A stretch of 64,000 nt of DNA from the human T2T-CHM13v2.0 reference genome, Homo sapiens, in NCBI RefSeq assembly GCF_009914755.1, contig NC_060947.1; one strand, written 5' to 3'. Both the position numbers and the translations under genes were made by a program. Positions within the stretch are counted from its first letter, which is position 1; each line of letters begins with the position of its first letter. Shown piece by piece: positions 41,916 through 52,930 of this stretch. The notes beneath the pieces were generated by a model, which ran no database searches, had not been told where the DNA came from, and saw nothing but the letters and a program-made list of their open reading frames with translations.

Positions 41916-42754
41916 TCATAAGATTATATTTCTTATTTCATCAAAAAATAGTGAGAGTTTGCATTCTGATTAAATTGCCAGGGTCAATTTGGGTCACCAA
42001 TTGATGTTGAGCCATAATCATTCTATTCACCGAGTGCTATTCATTTTGATAGTGAGTGTCTATCCTTATTTTATCAGAATTTCACTCAGCTACAGACACT
42101 GAGATTGATCAAATTGTAGGTTTGGGCATACCTAGCTTCTGATCTTGATTAGATGTTGACCAAAGTTGGTAATATATTAGTCTCATACCCAGATCTGGCA
42201 AATATCTTACACCTCTATGCCTTGCATGTGATATGTCAATGGTGCTCCGGCTGCAGGCTCCCTACATTTGAATTTAAAAGACAAGAGTTGGTATCTGCTC
42301 TAGTATTCCATTTTGGATGCTAATTTTCCTTTCTTCAGTTAAACATTAATGGACCATAACTCTAATTCCTCAGAGATAGCTGTTCAGCCTCACCCCTCTT
42401 CACAACTCTCTGACTTCAGTCATTGGAGTAGGGATGCTGAGGCACATCATGTACTTCCGACAATTTTAGACAAGACTTCTGTAACATCCGTGGGGTAACG
42501 GCCTGTAGCATCTCTCCAGCAGTCTTTCAATGGGAAGATCTAAAGAAATAATGCCTTAGAAGCACTTCACAGGAGAGCCAGATGAGAGGACAGCCCTTCT
42601 ACGGTCCCATCCTAAGTGATTGAATCACTAGAAAACAATACAGGATTGAAGATTTTCTGTACTACATGTATTTTGCCTCATTTTCTCATTGCTAAGTCTC
42701 CCCTCTCTTTTTCCTGCCTCTGCTTACCTCCTCCAGGACACTTTCCTGATTTCT

Positions 42755-43343
<589 letters not shown>

Positions 43344-43361
43344 AAAATATACAATAAATGC

Positions 43362-45466
43362 TTTTTAATTTTTTAAATTTTACTTGTATGTACAAAATAG
43401 GTATATATATTTATAGGGTACATGAAATACATTGATACAGACATGCAATCCATAATAATCATATCATGATAACTGAGGTGTCCAACCCCTCAAGCATTTA
43501 TTCCTTGTGTTAGAAATAATCCAGGCTGGGCACAGTGGCTCACACCTGTAATCCCAACAGTTTGGGAGGCTGAGGTGGGTGGATCATCTGAGGTCAGGAG
43601 TTCGAGACCAGCCTTGCCAACATGGCAAAATCCCGTCTCTACTAAAAATATAAAAATTAGCCGGGTGTGGTGGCACGTGCCTGTAATCTCAGCTACTTGG
43701 GAGGCTGAGGCAGGAGAATTGCTTGAACCCACAAGGCGGAGGTTGCAGCGAGCCGACATGGAGTCATTGCACTGATAGCGCCATTGCACTCCAGCCTGGG
43801 CGACAAGAGCGAAACTCCATCTCAAATAAATAAATAATCCAGTTATACTCTATTATATATTTTAAAGTGTACAATTAAATTATTATTGACTGTAGCCACC
43901 CTGTTGTACTATCAAATACTAGGTCTTATTCATTCTTTCTAACTACTTTTTGGACCCATTAACCATCCCCACATTCCCCCAATTCCACTACCTTTCCTGG
44001 GCTCTTGTAACCATACTTCTACTCTCTACCTTCGTGAGTTCAATTATTGTAATATTTAGCTTCCACAAAAAAAATGTGAGAACTTGAGAAGTGTGTTTTT
44101 CTGTGCCTGGCTTATTTCATTTAACATAATGATCTCTAGTTGCAGCCATGTTGTTGCAAATGACAGGATCTCATTCTTTTTATGGCTGAATAGTACTCCA
44201 TTGTGTATAAGTACTACATTTTCTTTACCCATTCATCTGTTGATAGGCACTTAAGTTGCTTCAAAATCTTAGCTATTGTGAATAGTGCTGCAAAAAGCAT
44301 GGGAGTACAGCTATCTCTTTGATATACTGATTTCCTTCAAGCATGAAGTAATTTTTCACCAGATATACTATTCTAGGGCAAGTTTATTTATTTATTTATT
44401 TATTCTTTCAGCATTTTAAATATGTCATGCCACTCTCTCCTGGCCTATAAGGTTTCCATTTAAAAGTCTGCTGCCAGACATATTGGAGCTGCTTTGTATC
44501 TTATTTGTTTCCTTTCTCTTGCTGATTTTAGGATCCTTTTTTTATCCTTGACCTTTGGGAATTTAAATACTAAACACCTTGTGATAGTCTTCCTTGAGTA
44601 AAATCTACTCGGTGTTCTATAACCTTCTGGCATTTAGATATTGATATCTTTCTCTAGTTTGGGGAAGTTCTCTTTTATTATCTTTTTCAATAAACTTTCT
44701 AGCCCTTTCTCTCTGTCTTTTCTTTAAGGCCAGTACCTCTTAAATTTGCACTTTTGAGACTATTTTCTAGATCTTGTAGGTGTGCTTCATTCTTTTATAT
44801 TCTTTTGTCTTTCATCTCCTCTGACTGGGTACTTTCAAATAGCCTAATTTTAATCTCACTAATTTTTCTTTCTGCTTGATCAAATCTGCTGTTAAGAAGA
44901 GTGGTCCAAGCATACCCTTTAGCCCCCCAGCTGGTATCTCCCTAGGTCACACACCATCCTACTCCACTGGCTCTAAGCCCAGCCCAGCACTAGGCCTTGT
45001 CTTGGAATTGCAGTCTTTTTGTCCTAGACTGCCTTTCAAGTTTACCTAGGATCCCAGAGCACTTAGGTTCCTTGTGGCAAGGTTTGCAAAGAAATTTAAT
45101 TTCTGAACCCTGCATTGGGTGATTCCCCTCCGGCTAGGGCAGGTTCAAATGTGCCCTCCGTGGGTGGGTGCTAGCTGACCCTAGCATAGCTGTGCTCTCC
45201 CATGTGACAGGGTAGCACTGAGTTTAATGCCATGTCCTCCAGTCTCTTTGCTCTCTGTCCACCAAGTGCACAGATTTTTTTGTGCCATGCAACGGCTGCC
45301 AGGGGCCGGGGGCCAGGGGCTGGGGGGCTGGCATCAGCAATTCAAAACTGTCTTTCCTACCCTCTTCAGCTCCTCTTTCAGCAATAAGAAGTTAAAACCA
45401 GATGCTGTGATTACTTACCTAATTTGCAGTTCTTAAGACAGTGTTTTGAGTGTGTGTGTGTGTGTT

Positions 45467-45499
<33 letters not shown>

Positions 45500-45587
45500 G
45501 TAGTTGTTAAAATTTGCTGTTCTTGTGTGTGTATGTTTTGGGAGGATGATCAGTGGAAGCTTCAATTCAGCCATCCTGCCTCCCCCT
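43362..45587 (-). mobile_element. L1MA3-like element with both termini and two internal deletions (3' end, ORF1 piece ~44339-44897, 5' UTR)
   Basis: Homology to matching parts of 12632-21627; TSD tacaataaat at 43350-43359 and 45588-45597; (TG)n at ~45450-45501. Confidence 0.85.
43524..43831 (+). mobile_element. AluSq-like with a ~17-bp internal duplication
   Basis: ggctgggcacagtggctc...cgacaagagcgaaactcc; TSD aaataatcca at 43514-43523 and 43832-43841. Confidence 0.93.
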
Positions 45588-46051
45588 TACAATAAATTAT
45601 TGTTAACTATAATCACCTAATTGTGCTATTAAAACTTCTATTCTCCCAATTCCACAATTTTGGCTTATTTCTTCTGATATAGCACTTCTGGAGTTAGAAC
45701 TACTAGTAGACGCCCACCCTTTGTTATGCAGCAAGCCCTGGTAACTTCTCCCTTGTATTCCCACTCTCAGAGGCAGTCTCCTTCCTACATATCCTCGGTC
45801 GGCAAGCCGTAAGCAGAGAGATAATACTGCTGGTTAGAAAATTTGAGGCTAACTAGGACAAGACTGATGGGAAAAATATAAAATGTTAATGGTTGGACAA
45901 AATATAGCTAATACTTCCAAATGATTCTAGATTCTATAATTCTAAGTATAAAAATGTAATTTCAAAGGAAGTTGTTATTTTGCATATATATCCAGAAGTA
46001 GAATTACTGAATCATATGGTAATTCCATTTTTTATTTTTTGAGAAACTGCC

Positions 46052-46185
46052 TGTGATGGTTAATTTTGTGTCAACTGAACTGGGATGTGGGGTGCCAAGA
46101 TACGTGGTTAAACATTAAACATTATTCTAGGTGTGTCTGTGAGGGTGTTTCTGTATTATTAACATTTGAATTGTTAATGATTTCA
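46052..46185 (+). mobile_element. MLT2 (ERVL LTR) 5' fragment
   Basis: tgtgatggttaattttgtgtcaact...gtgtctgtgagggtgtttctg. Confidence 0.75.
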
Positions 46186-46489
46186 GATAGTTGAAGGCCT
46201 CAACAACAACAAGAACTTATTATGTTGTGGTTAAAAAAAAAGCCAGATTCAAAACTTGGACAAGGAGCTTGGCATAAAATCTATCATTGCCACAGGGAAA
46301 TATGGCTAGATATGTCAATTAGCTACTCATGTGGATTGAAAGAAACATTGGATAGGACAATCTGCTTTACTACTCAGTTTTTTCTTAGAGAATATTCAAT
46401 AGGTTTCCAGTAGTGTAAAATCATCTGGAAAACTTGTCTTTTCAAGTTCATATCTCCTTGGTTCAGCAAGAACTGTATTCTGATTAAAC

Positions 46490-46930
46490 TACTCACTCAC
46501 TCGTTCACCCATTTGTTCATTCAAGAAAGATTCATTCAGTGCTGAATATTTGTCAGACATTGGGCTAGTACTGTGGGGTGAAAAGAGTATGATATCAAAT
46601 AGCTTATCCTTTAGCTAAAGCTATACCTGAGTGAAAATGATTACAGCTCTGGGTACTGTATGCTAAGAAGGCTTATACCCAGGGTGAATGCTAGTGTATG
46701 AGGGGAACAGCTGTTCTATTATACTTGAGGGAGAGGAGGCACAGAGATGATAACATGCCCTAGCTGACATTTGAAGAATAAGTGTGCCAGTGTTCAAGTG
46801 CAAAAGAAAGGCAAGGATATTGTGTGCAGGATTCAGAATGAGAGCAATATTAAGGAATCATTGGTAGTTCAATACAAATAAAGACAGCAAAGTTGAAATT
46901 GGAGATGTAGCACAGAAGAGATAAGAATGC
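46490..46930 (-). mobile_element. L2 fragment
   Basis: cattcaagaaagattcattcagtgctg...ctagctgacatttgaagaataagt. Confidence 0.6.
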
Positions 46931-47109
46931 ATGAGGGAGACCTTTCTCTTATCACCATAGTGTATGATCCAACTCTTCAGGATGAAAGAGATATCTGGCA
47001 ATTTGACTTCCTGCTTTTTGAGCTTCAGTTCTTGCTATACCTTTCTGTTACTTCTCCTTTCCCCCAACTCTCAGCCCCACCTATTTTCAACACTGTGGAA
47101 TATTCTGTG

Positions 47110-47285
47110 AAACTGTCAATCCCCCAGTAGTACCCTGAATGTAACAATTCCTCTCTTGTGATTCCACAGCACATTGCTCTGTGCTTACTATGCTGTGCTA
47201 TGATTATTCACCATTTCTGCTCCTCCCAATGGATTGTGATCTCCACCAAGGCCCAGATTTTACCTCAATAAATATTTGTTGAAGG
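47110..47285 (+). mobile_element. L2 3' end fragment
   Basis: ctcaataaatatttgttgaa terminus. Confidence 0.55.
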
Positions 47286-47487
47286 CAAAAAAAGTATTTA
47301 TTTTTAAGGACACATCCAGAAGCCACTAAGAATATGATTGGCAATATTAAAATTAGTCTATATCAAAGAAAATATCAAAAGTAAATTCAAAAAGCAAATG
47401 AAAAACTTAGGAAAATATTTTAACCATACGTGAAAAGGGACTAACATTCTTTCTATAGAAAGATACACGCTGAAAAATACAATCATA

Positions 47488-48475
47488 GGTGGAGCAAGAT
47501 GAGGGATTAGGAGGCTCCTCTGATTGCCCCCCCCACCCCCCGCAGAAACATGAAATTTCAAAAACTAACTACAGAAAAAAAGCACCAGTATAAGAACCAA
47601 AAATCAGGTGAGCAATCACAGTACCAGGTTTTAACTTTATGTTACAGAAAGACACACTGAAGAGGGTAGAAAAGGCAGTCTTGAATTGCCAACACCAGCC
47701 CTCCCTCATCCCCCAACAGCAGCTGTGTGACATGGAGAAAGAACAGTGCACTTAGTGAAAGGAGAGCACAGAGACTGGGGGACTTAGCATTGAACTCAGT
47801 GTTGCCCTGGGTATATACTTAAAAGAAAGGAAATCAATATATCAAAGAGATATCTGCACTTCCATGTTTGTTACAGCTCTGTTCATAATAGCCAAGCTTT
47901 GAAAGCAACCTAAGTGTCCATCAACAGATGAATGGATAAAGAAAATATGGTACATATACACAGTGGAGTACTATTCAGCCATAAAAAGAATGAGATCTTG
48001 TCATTTGTAATACCATGGATGGAACTGTAAGTCATTATGTTAAGTGAAATAAGCCAGGCACAGAAAGACAAACATCGCATATTCTCTCTTATCTGTGGGA
48101 TCTAAAAATCAAGACACCTAAACTCACGGAGACAGAGAATAGAAGGATGGTGACCGGAGGCTGTGATGGGTAGTGGGGGGTGGGGATGGCAGGTGGGGAT
48201 AGTTAATTGACACAAAAGCAGTTTGAATAAATGAATAAGGCCTAATATTTGATAGCACAACAGGTTGAATACAGTCAATACTAATGTAATTGTACGTTGC
48301 AAAATAATGAAAAGTGTTTAATTGGATTATTTTTAACACAAAGATTAATAATTGGGATGGATATCCCATCTTCCATGATATGATTATTATACACTGAATG
48401 CCTATATACACCTTTTATGTACCCCATAAATATATACACCTACCATGAACCCACAAAGATCAAAAATTGTTAAAA
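47488..48475 (+). mobile_element. L1MA2-like element: ~320 bp of 5' UTR fused to the ORF2 end and 3' UTR
   Basis: ggtggagcaagatg start; junction gttgccCTGggtatatac at ~47807-47809; 3' UTR to acccacaaagatcaaaaa; sits in an older L1ME-like fragment. Confidence 0.85.
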
Positions 48476-49129
48476 AGAAGGGATAACTCATGGATGGGTA
48501 CAATCACTTGGCATCAGAATTGACTCTGTTGTGTACCTTGTCTATTTCCATTTACTATTAACATTTTAATTTACATTCCTCCTTTGAAGATCTATCCATC
48601 CTTTCCAATATCACTTCCACTGCTCTATATCAAGCTCTCATCACCTATCTCAGAGACCACTACAGCAACCTCCTTGCCCAACTCTTCACTTTTCTGTACT
48701 TAGAACTAAGTGGTTGCATACATATCACTGTAATAACACTACAGATCTCACAAGGAAAATCTTCACAATCTTCAATGAAAGTTTAGTTGACAGCAGAGCT
48801 CAAGTTGGTCAAACTTCCTAAGCATCATTCATAATTACAAATTAACCTTAAGTTGGCTGTAGATGGGATGCCCTACAGAGAAACTCTTAAATTAAAATAA
48901 TTTACAAGCCATAAATCACAGTTGTTTGGTAATATGTTTCTACGGTAAAAAGTAACTGTCAGAAGCTAAATGTCATTATTTCTTGTTATATTCACAAATA
49001 CATACATATATGCATACCTGTATACATATTTGTGACATCTTTTCCCCAAAACTACTTTTCTTTATTATTCCCATGGAGCGCCACCGTGTACCTGATTAAT
49101 AATGTATTTGAGTGTCATTATATCATGAA

Positions 49130-49545
49130 AGATGTTATTAGCTGCAACTAATAGATATCCTGAATAAAACTGGTTTAGACAATAAACAATTCTTCTCATC
49201 CATGATAAGATTATTACACATTGAATGCCTATAGCAAAACATTTTATGCACCCCATAAATATATGCACCTACCATGAACCTACAAAGATAAAAAGTTGTT
49301 AAAAAGAAGGGACAACTCAGGGACAGGTAAAATAACACCGCTCTTTAGCACTAGCACCTATTCTATGTGGTTTCCTGGAATTGTCTTTCTTTGCATATTG
49401 GCTTTATCCCCAAACTAAGAAAAAGGCAGTGGCAGCAGGTTCAGGCATCATATCCAGACATGACAATATCCAAAGGAGAAAAAAAAGACTGTGTTTCCCT
49501 GAACCTCCTACTTAGGAATGAGAAAACTTTCCAGAAGATTCCTAA
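49130..49545 (-). mobile_element. MLT1K/L-like LTR carrying a duplicated L1 tail
   Basis: gctgcaactaatag...aactggtttagacaata; caggcatcatatccagacatgac...gaaaactttccagaag. Confidence 0.6.
49199..49336 (+). repeat. Dispersed direct copy of 48372-48507 (L1MA tail plus 3' flank)
   Basis: Shared private variants (gaatgcctata, accatgaacc) and shared flank aaaaagaaggga(t/c)aactca. Confidence 0.85.
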
Positions 49546-49547
49546 AA

Positions 49548-50858
49548 TGGGTTGCCTTGTGTCCCCCCAAAAAGATATATTTGAGTCCTATCCTCTGATA
49601 CCTGCAAATGTGACCTTTTTTGGAAATAGGGTCTTTGAATATGTGATTACTTAGGATGAGATTATAGTACATTAGAGTAGACCCTAAATCTAATGATGGG
49701 CATTTGGATAAGAAAGCTATGTCAACGCAGAGAGACAGAGGAGACACACAGGGGGAAAGGTCAGTGAAGACAGAGGCAGTGATTGGAGATTGCAGCTGCA
49801 AGCCAAGGAATGACAAGGATTGTAGGGAGACCCCCTGAAACTATTGCTGTGGAATAAAAGATGAAATGCTCCTGATTATTGTAAATACAAAGTTGCGTGC
49901 GGGATTGTGTAAAGACGATGCCAGGTTGGACTGCAAGAATGAGTCAACAACACGTGATGTGCTTCCCCCTGCAGAGAGCCTAAGAACGGACGTGCAGTCA
50001 GGGAGGTTTCACATCACCAAGATTCCTATCCCAGAAAAGCAGATGTTCATAGCTCTGGGAATGGAATGCAACCCTTGTGGAGAGCCTATAAATGGACACA
50101 TGAGGGGCGCCTGTCCATATGGATAAGATAGGGCTATAAACGCCCTCATCTTGCCACGGCTCTTCTGGGCCTCTTTAGGGTTAAGGTATACTCCCTTCTG
50201 AGAATTTCTGGTCAAACTGGTTGTCTAGCTTCACGTCCTGTTGTCCTGTTTCTATGGATTGTTTGTAACCAGCTTTTGCTGCAACTGTTACTGCTGATTA
50301 ATATCTTGCTAATCATAGGTTATGGAAAGACTGTGTTTCTGTTTTAAGGCTCTGTTAGAAATTACTGGTGAACATACTATATTGTAAATTCTTATCTGTG
50401 TATACTGTACTTCTGCATACAGATGTTATGTTAAAGAATTACTTCATCCCCATGTGACCATCTCACCTCATAATCAAATGACCCTAAATCCCTCACTAAC
50501 CTACCCCCGCCCTCACTAAACTTAATAATAAATGCTGGTATATCCAGTGCATTGGTGGCATCGTGGAACCAGAAGGCGGTGAGCCCCCGGACCCAGCTTT
50601 CACTATCTTGTGTGTGTCTATTATTTATCGACCTGCCAATGTGCCTGGGAACAAAGAAAGAGCCCCGTTGCATTGCAGGCTGCTGGCCAGATCCTGCAAT
50701 AAAGGATTGTCTGCAACTACCAGAAACTAGGAGGGAAGTATGGAACAGGTTGTCCTTGAGAGGTTCCAGAAGGAACTAAATCTCCAGACACCCTGATTTC
50801 AGACTTCTGGCCTCTAAAACTATGAGGGAATAAATGTTTCTTGTTTTAAGCTCCCCCT
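49548..50858 (+). mobile_element. MLT1C LTR split by MER11D; U5 end missing
   Basis: atgggttg..ttgtgtcccccc...ttggaaatagggtcttt...gccaaggaatg; resumes at 50708 to aataaatgtttcttgttttaagc. Confidence 0.82.
49821..50701 (-). mobile_element. MER11D solo LTR (HERVK11D/HML-7, ERVK)
   Basis: Reverse complement tattgcaggatctggccagcagcc...gggggtctccctaca, 881 bp; perfect 6-bp TSD aaggat at 49815-49820 and 50702-50707. Confidence 0.9.
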
Positions 50859-50864
50859 ACCCCC

Positions 50865-50866
<2 letters not shown>

Positions 50867-50904
<38 letters not shown>
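50867..50904 (+). repeat. Pure A38 tract
   Basis: 38 consecutive A. Confidence 0.97.
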
Positions 50905-50905
<1 letters not shown>

Positions 50906-51312
50906 AGGCACATAAAGACAAACTGCCATTTTCTCACTTACTTGTGGGAGCTGAAAAATTAAAGCAATTGAACTCATGGAGATAGAAGGATAGTTGCCAG
51001 AGATTTGAAAGGGTAGTTGGGGGCTGGGGGGAAGTAAGGATTGTTAATGTTTTTAAAAAATACTTAGAAATACTGAATAAGACTTAGTATTTGATGGGAC
51101 AACAGGGTGACTATAGTCAATAATAATTGTACATTTAAAAATAACTAAAATGGTATAATTGAATTGTTCATAACACAAAGAATAAATGCTCAAGCAGATG
51201 GATACTCCATTTACCATGATGTGTTTATTATGCATTGCATGCCTGTATCAAGGTATCTTATGTACCCTGAAAATATATATACCTACTAGGTACCCACAAA
51301 AAGTAAAAGCTA
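50905..51312 (+). mobile_element. L1MA3-like 3' UTR fragment
   Basis: caggcacataaagacaaact...acagggtgactatagtcaataataat...tacccacaaa. Confidence 0.85.
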
Positions 51313-51655
51313 AAGAAACACAATCATATGGCAAGGTGCACAAATAAAGAAATATAAAATCAAAATACAAATTTCTCTTTTTGATGGGTAAATGAAGTTG
51401 ATGTTTTAATGAATCCAGAGTTGAACAGAGAGGTGTAAATAGAAAATGATTTTGACTCAAGCAGAAGATAAGTGTTAGGGCTGGGGCTTTGTAATGAGAG
51501 GTTTCATTGGAGATGAAACAAAAAATGTTATAAAATCTGCAAAAATGTCCTTCCAGTGGCAAGGGGAGATTACCCTACTTATCCTCTTAACTGGGTTTTT
51601 AAAAAGCTGTGGGCCTCAAATTATGTAGTAATGATCACATCCATGAGTCTGTGTC

Positions 51656-51658
<3 letters not shown>

Positions 51659-51694
<36 letters not shown>
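51659..51694 (+). repeat. (CA)18 microsatellite
   Basis: Perfect CA run. Confidence 0.95.
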
Positions 51695-51695
<1 letters not shown>

Positions 51696-51699
51696 CCTT

Positions 51700-51945
51700 A
51701 AAGCAGCTTAGAATGATTAAATACTCAAGCTCTGAAGCCATGCCTCTGGGCCCACATCCTGGCTGTATTTCTATGTGAACTTAGCTGTGTTATCTAATCT
51801 TTGAAGGCCTCCTTTTCTCCACATGTAAAATGAAGATAGTGTTATGCCTACATATGGGGTGGGGTGAAGGGTAAATTAGTTAAGAAATTTAATACTTAAA
51901 AATGGTATGGCAAGAAAGCACTGAGCCATTGTTATTATTGTTATT
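51700..51945 (+). mobile_element. MIR
   Basis: gctctgaagcc...cctccttttctccacatgtaaaatgaagatagt core. Confidence 0.7.
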
Positions 51946-52930
51946 GTTATAATTTTTATAATTAAAAATTAAAATACATAAAAATATTAATATTAACTCA
52001 ATAATGAAATGAAATTATAAGTACATCATTTAATTCTGTTTTTGCTTTTGTAGCTCATCTAAATTCCTTAATAATATTGCTTATATAATCAGAAAAAATC
52101 AATCAATGTTATTTTGTTAGAATACTAGCAATTTTGAGGAAAATTTTAAGTCTTTCTTGGACCCAAATAAAATTTGATCTATAACATCTATCTAAAAGAG
52201 TCTGAATGATCATTTTAAAGCTATTTACATTTGAATCCTTTGGACATTGTAGAAAGCGTAGGTCAACAGAAAGAAAATGGCAAAAATCACAAAATCCAGA
52301 GATCCACTCTTAACACTTTGTTGGATCATAATGTTAGGAGGCTCCTGTGAACCATATTACACTAGGTGAGTGTGGTGGTGACTCAGTGGATGCAGCCCTG
52401 CCACCTCAGGACTTTTCCAGCCAGCTCCGTCTCCCTAGAATCTTTTGTGAAAGACTTTACTAGCCACCCTGATGGTAGACTCTTCAAGCCAAAAGCGGAG
52501 GTTCCCTCATGGAATCCCTCTCTGAGGCTTATTTTTTCAAATCAACTTTGCCTAAACCCACTCTCTCGTGCACTTTTTTCTTTTCTCCTCCCTTCAAGGC
52601 TGAAAGGAAAGTAACCAATGATTACGTAACTGAACCTTTTCTTGGGACATTGTTTAAATTTAAAACATTTGAACACAACACAGCATACACAAGGGCATGT
52701 GTGAGTGTGTGTGTGTGTGTGTTTACGTTCACATGTATGCTTGGGTATTAATACATCTCAGGACAGTTTAGGAAAACTACTGTTTATTGGTTGGAAAACT
52801 GGAGGAAGAGTTCAGGATACTAATGCTGCTCAAGTACAAATTTCCCAGTGCAGATACCTTCAAAAAGCCATCCTTCTGTATTGTAGTGAATTAAAATACT
52901 ATCTTAGAAGTGATGGGCTTTAAAACCATG

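Noticed and set aside
41448-41921. Longest ORF (157 aa)
   Set aside because: Reads through MER5 and two antisense L1PA 3' UTRs; chance frame
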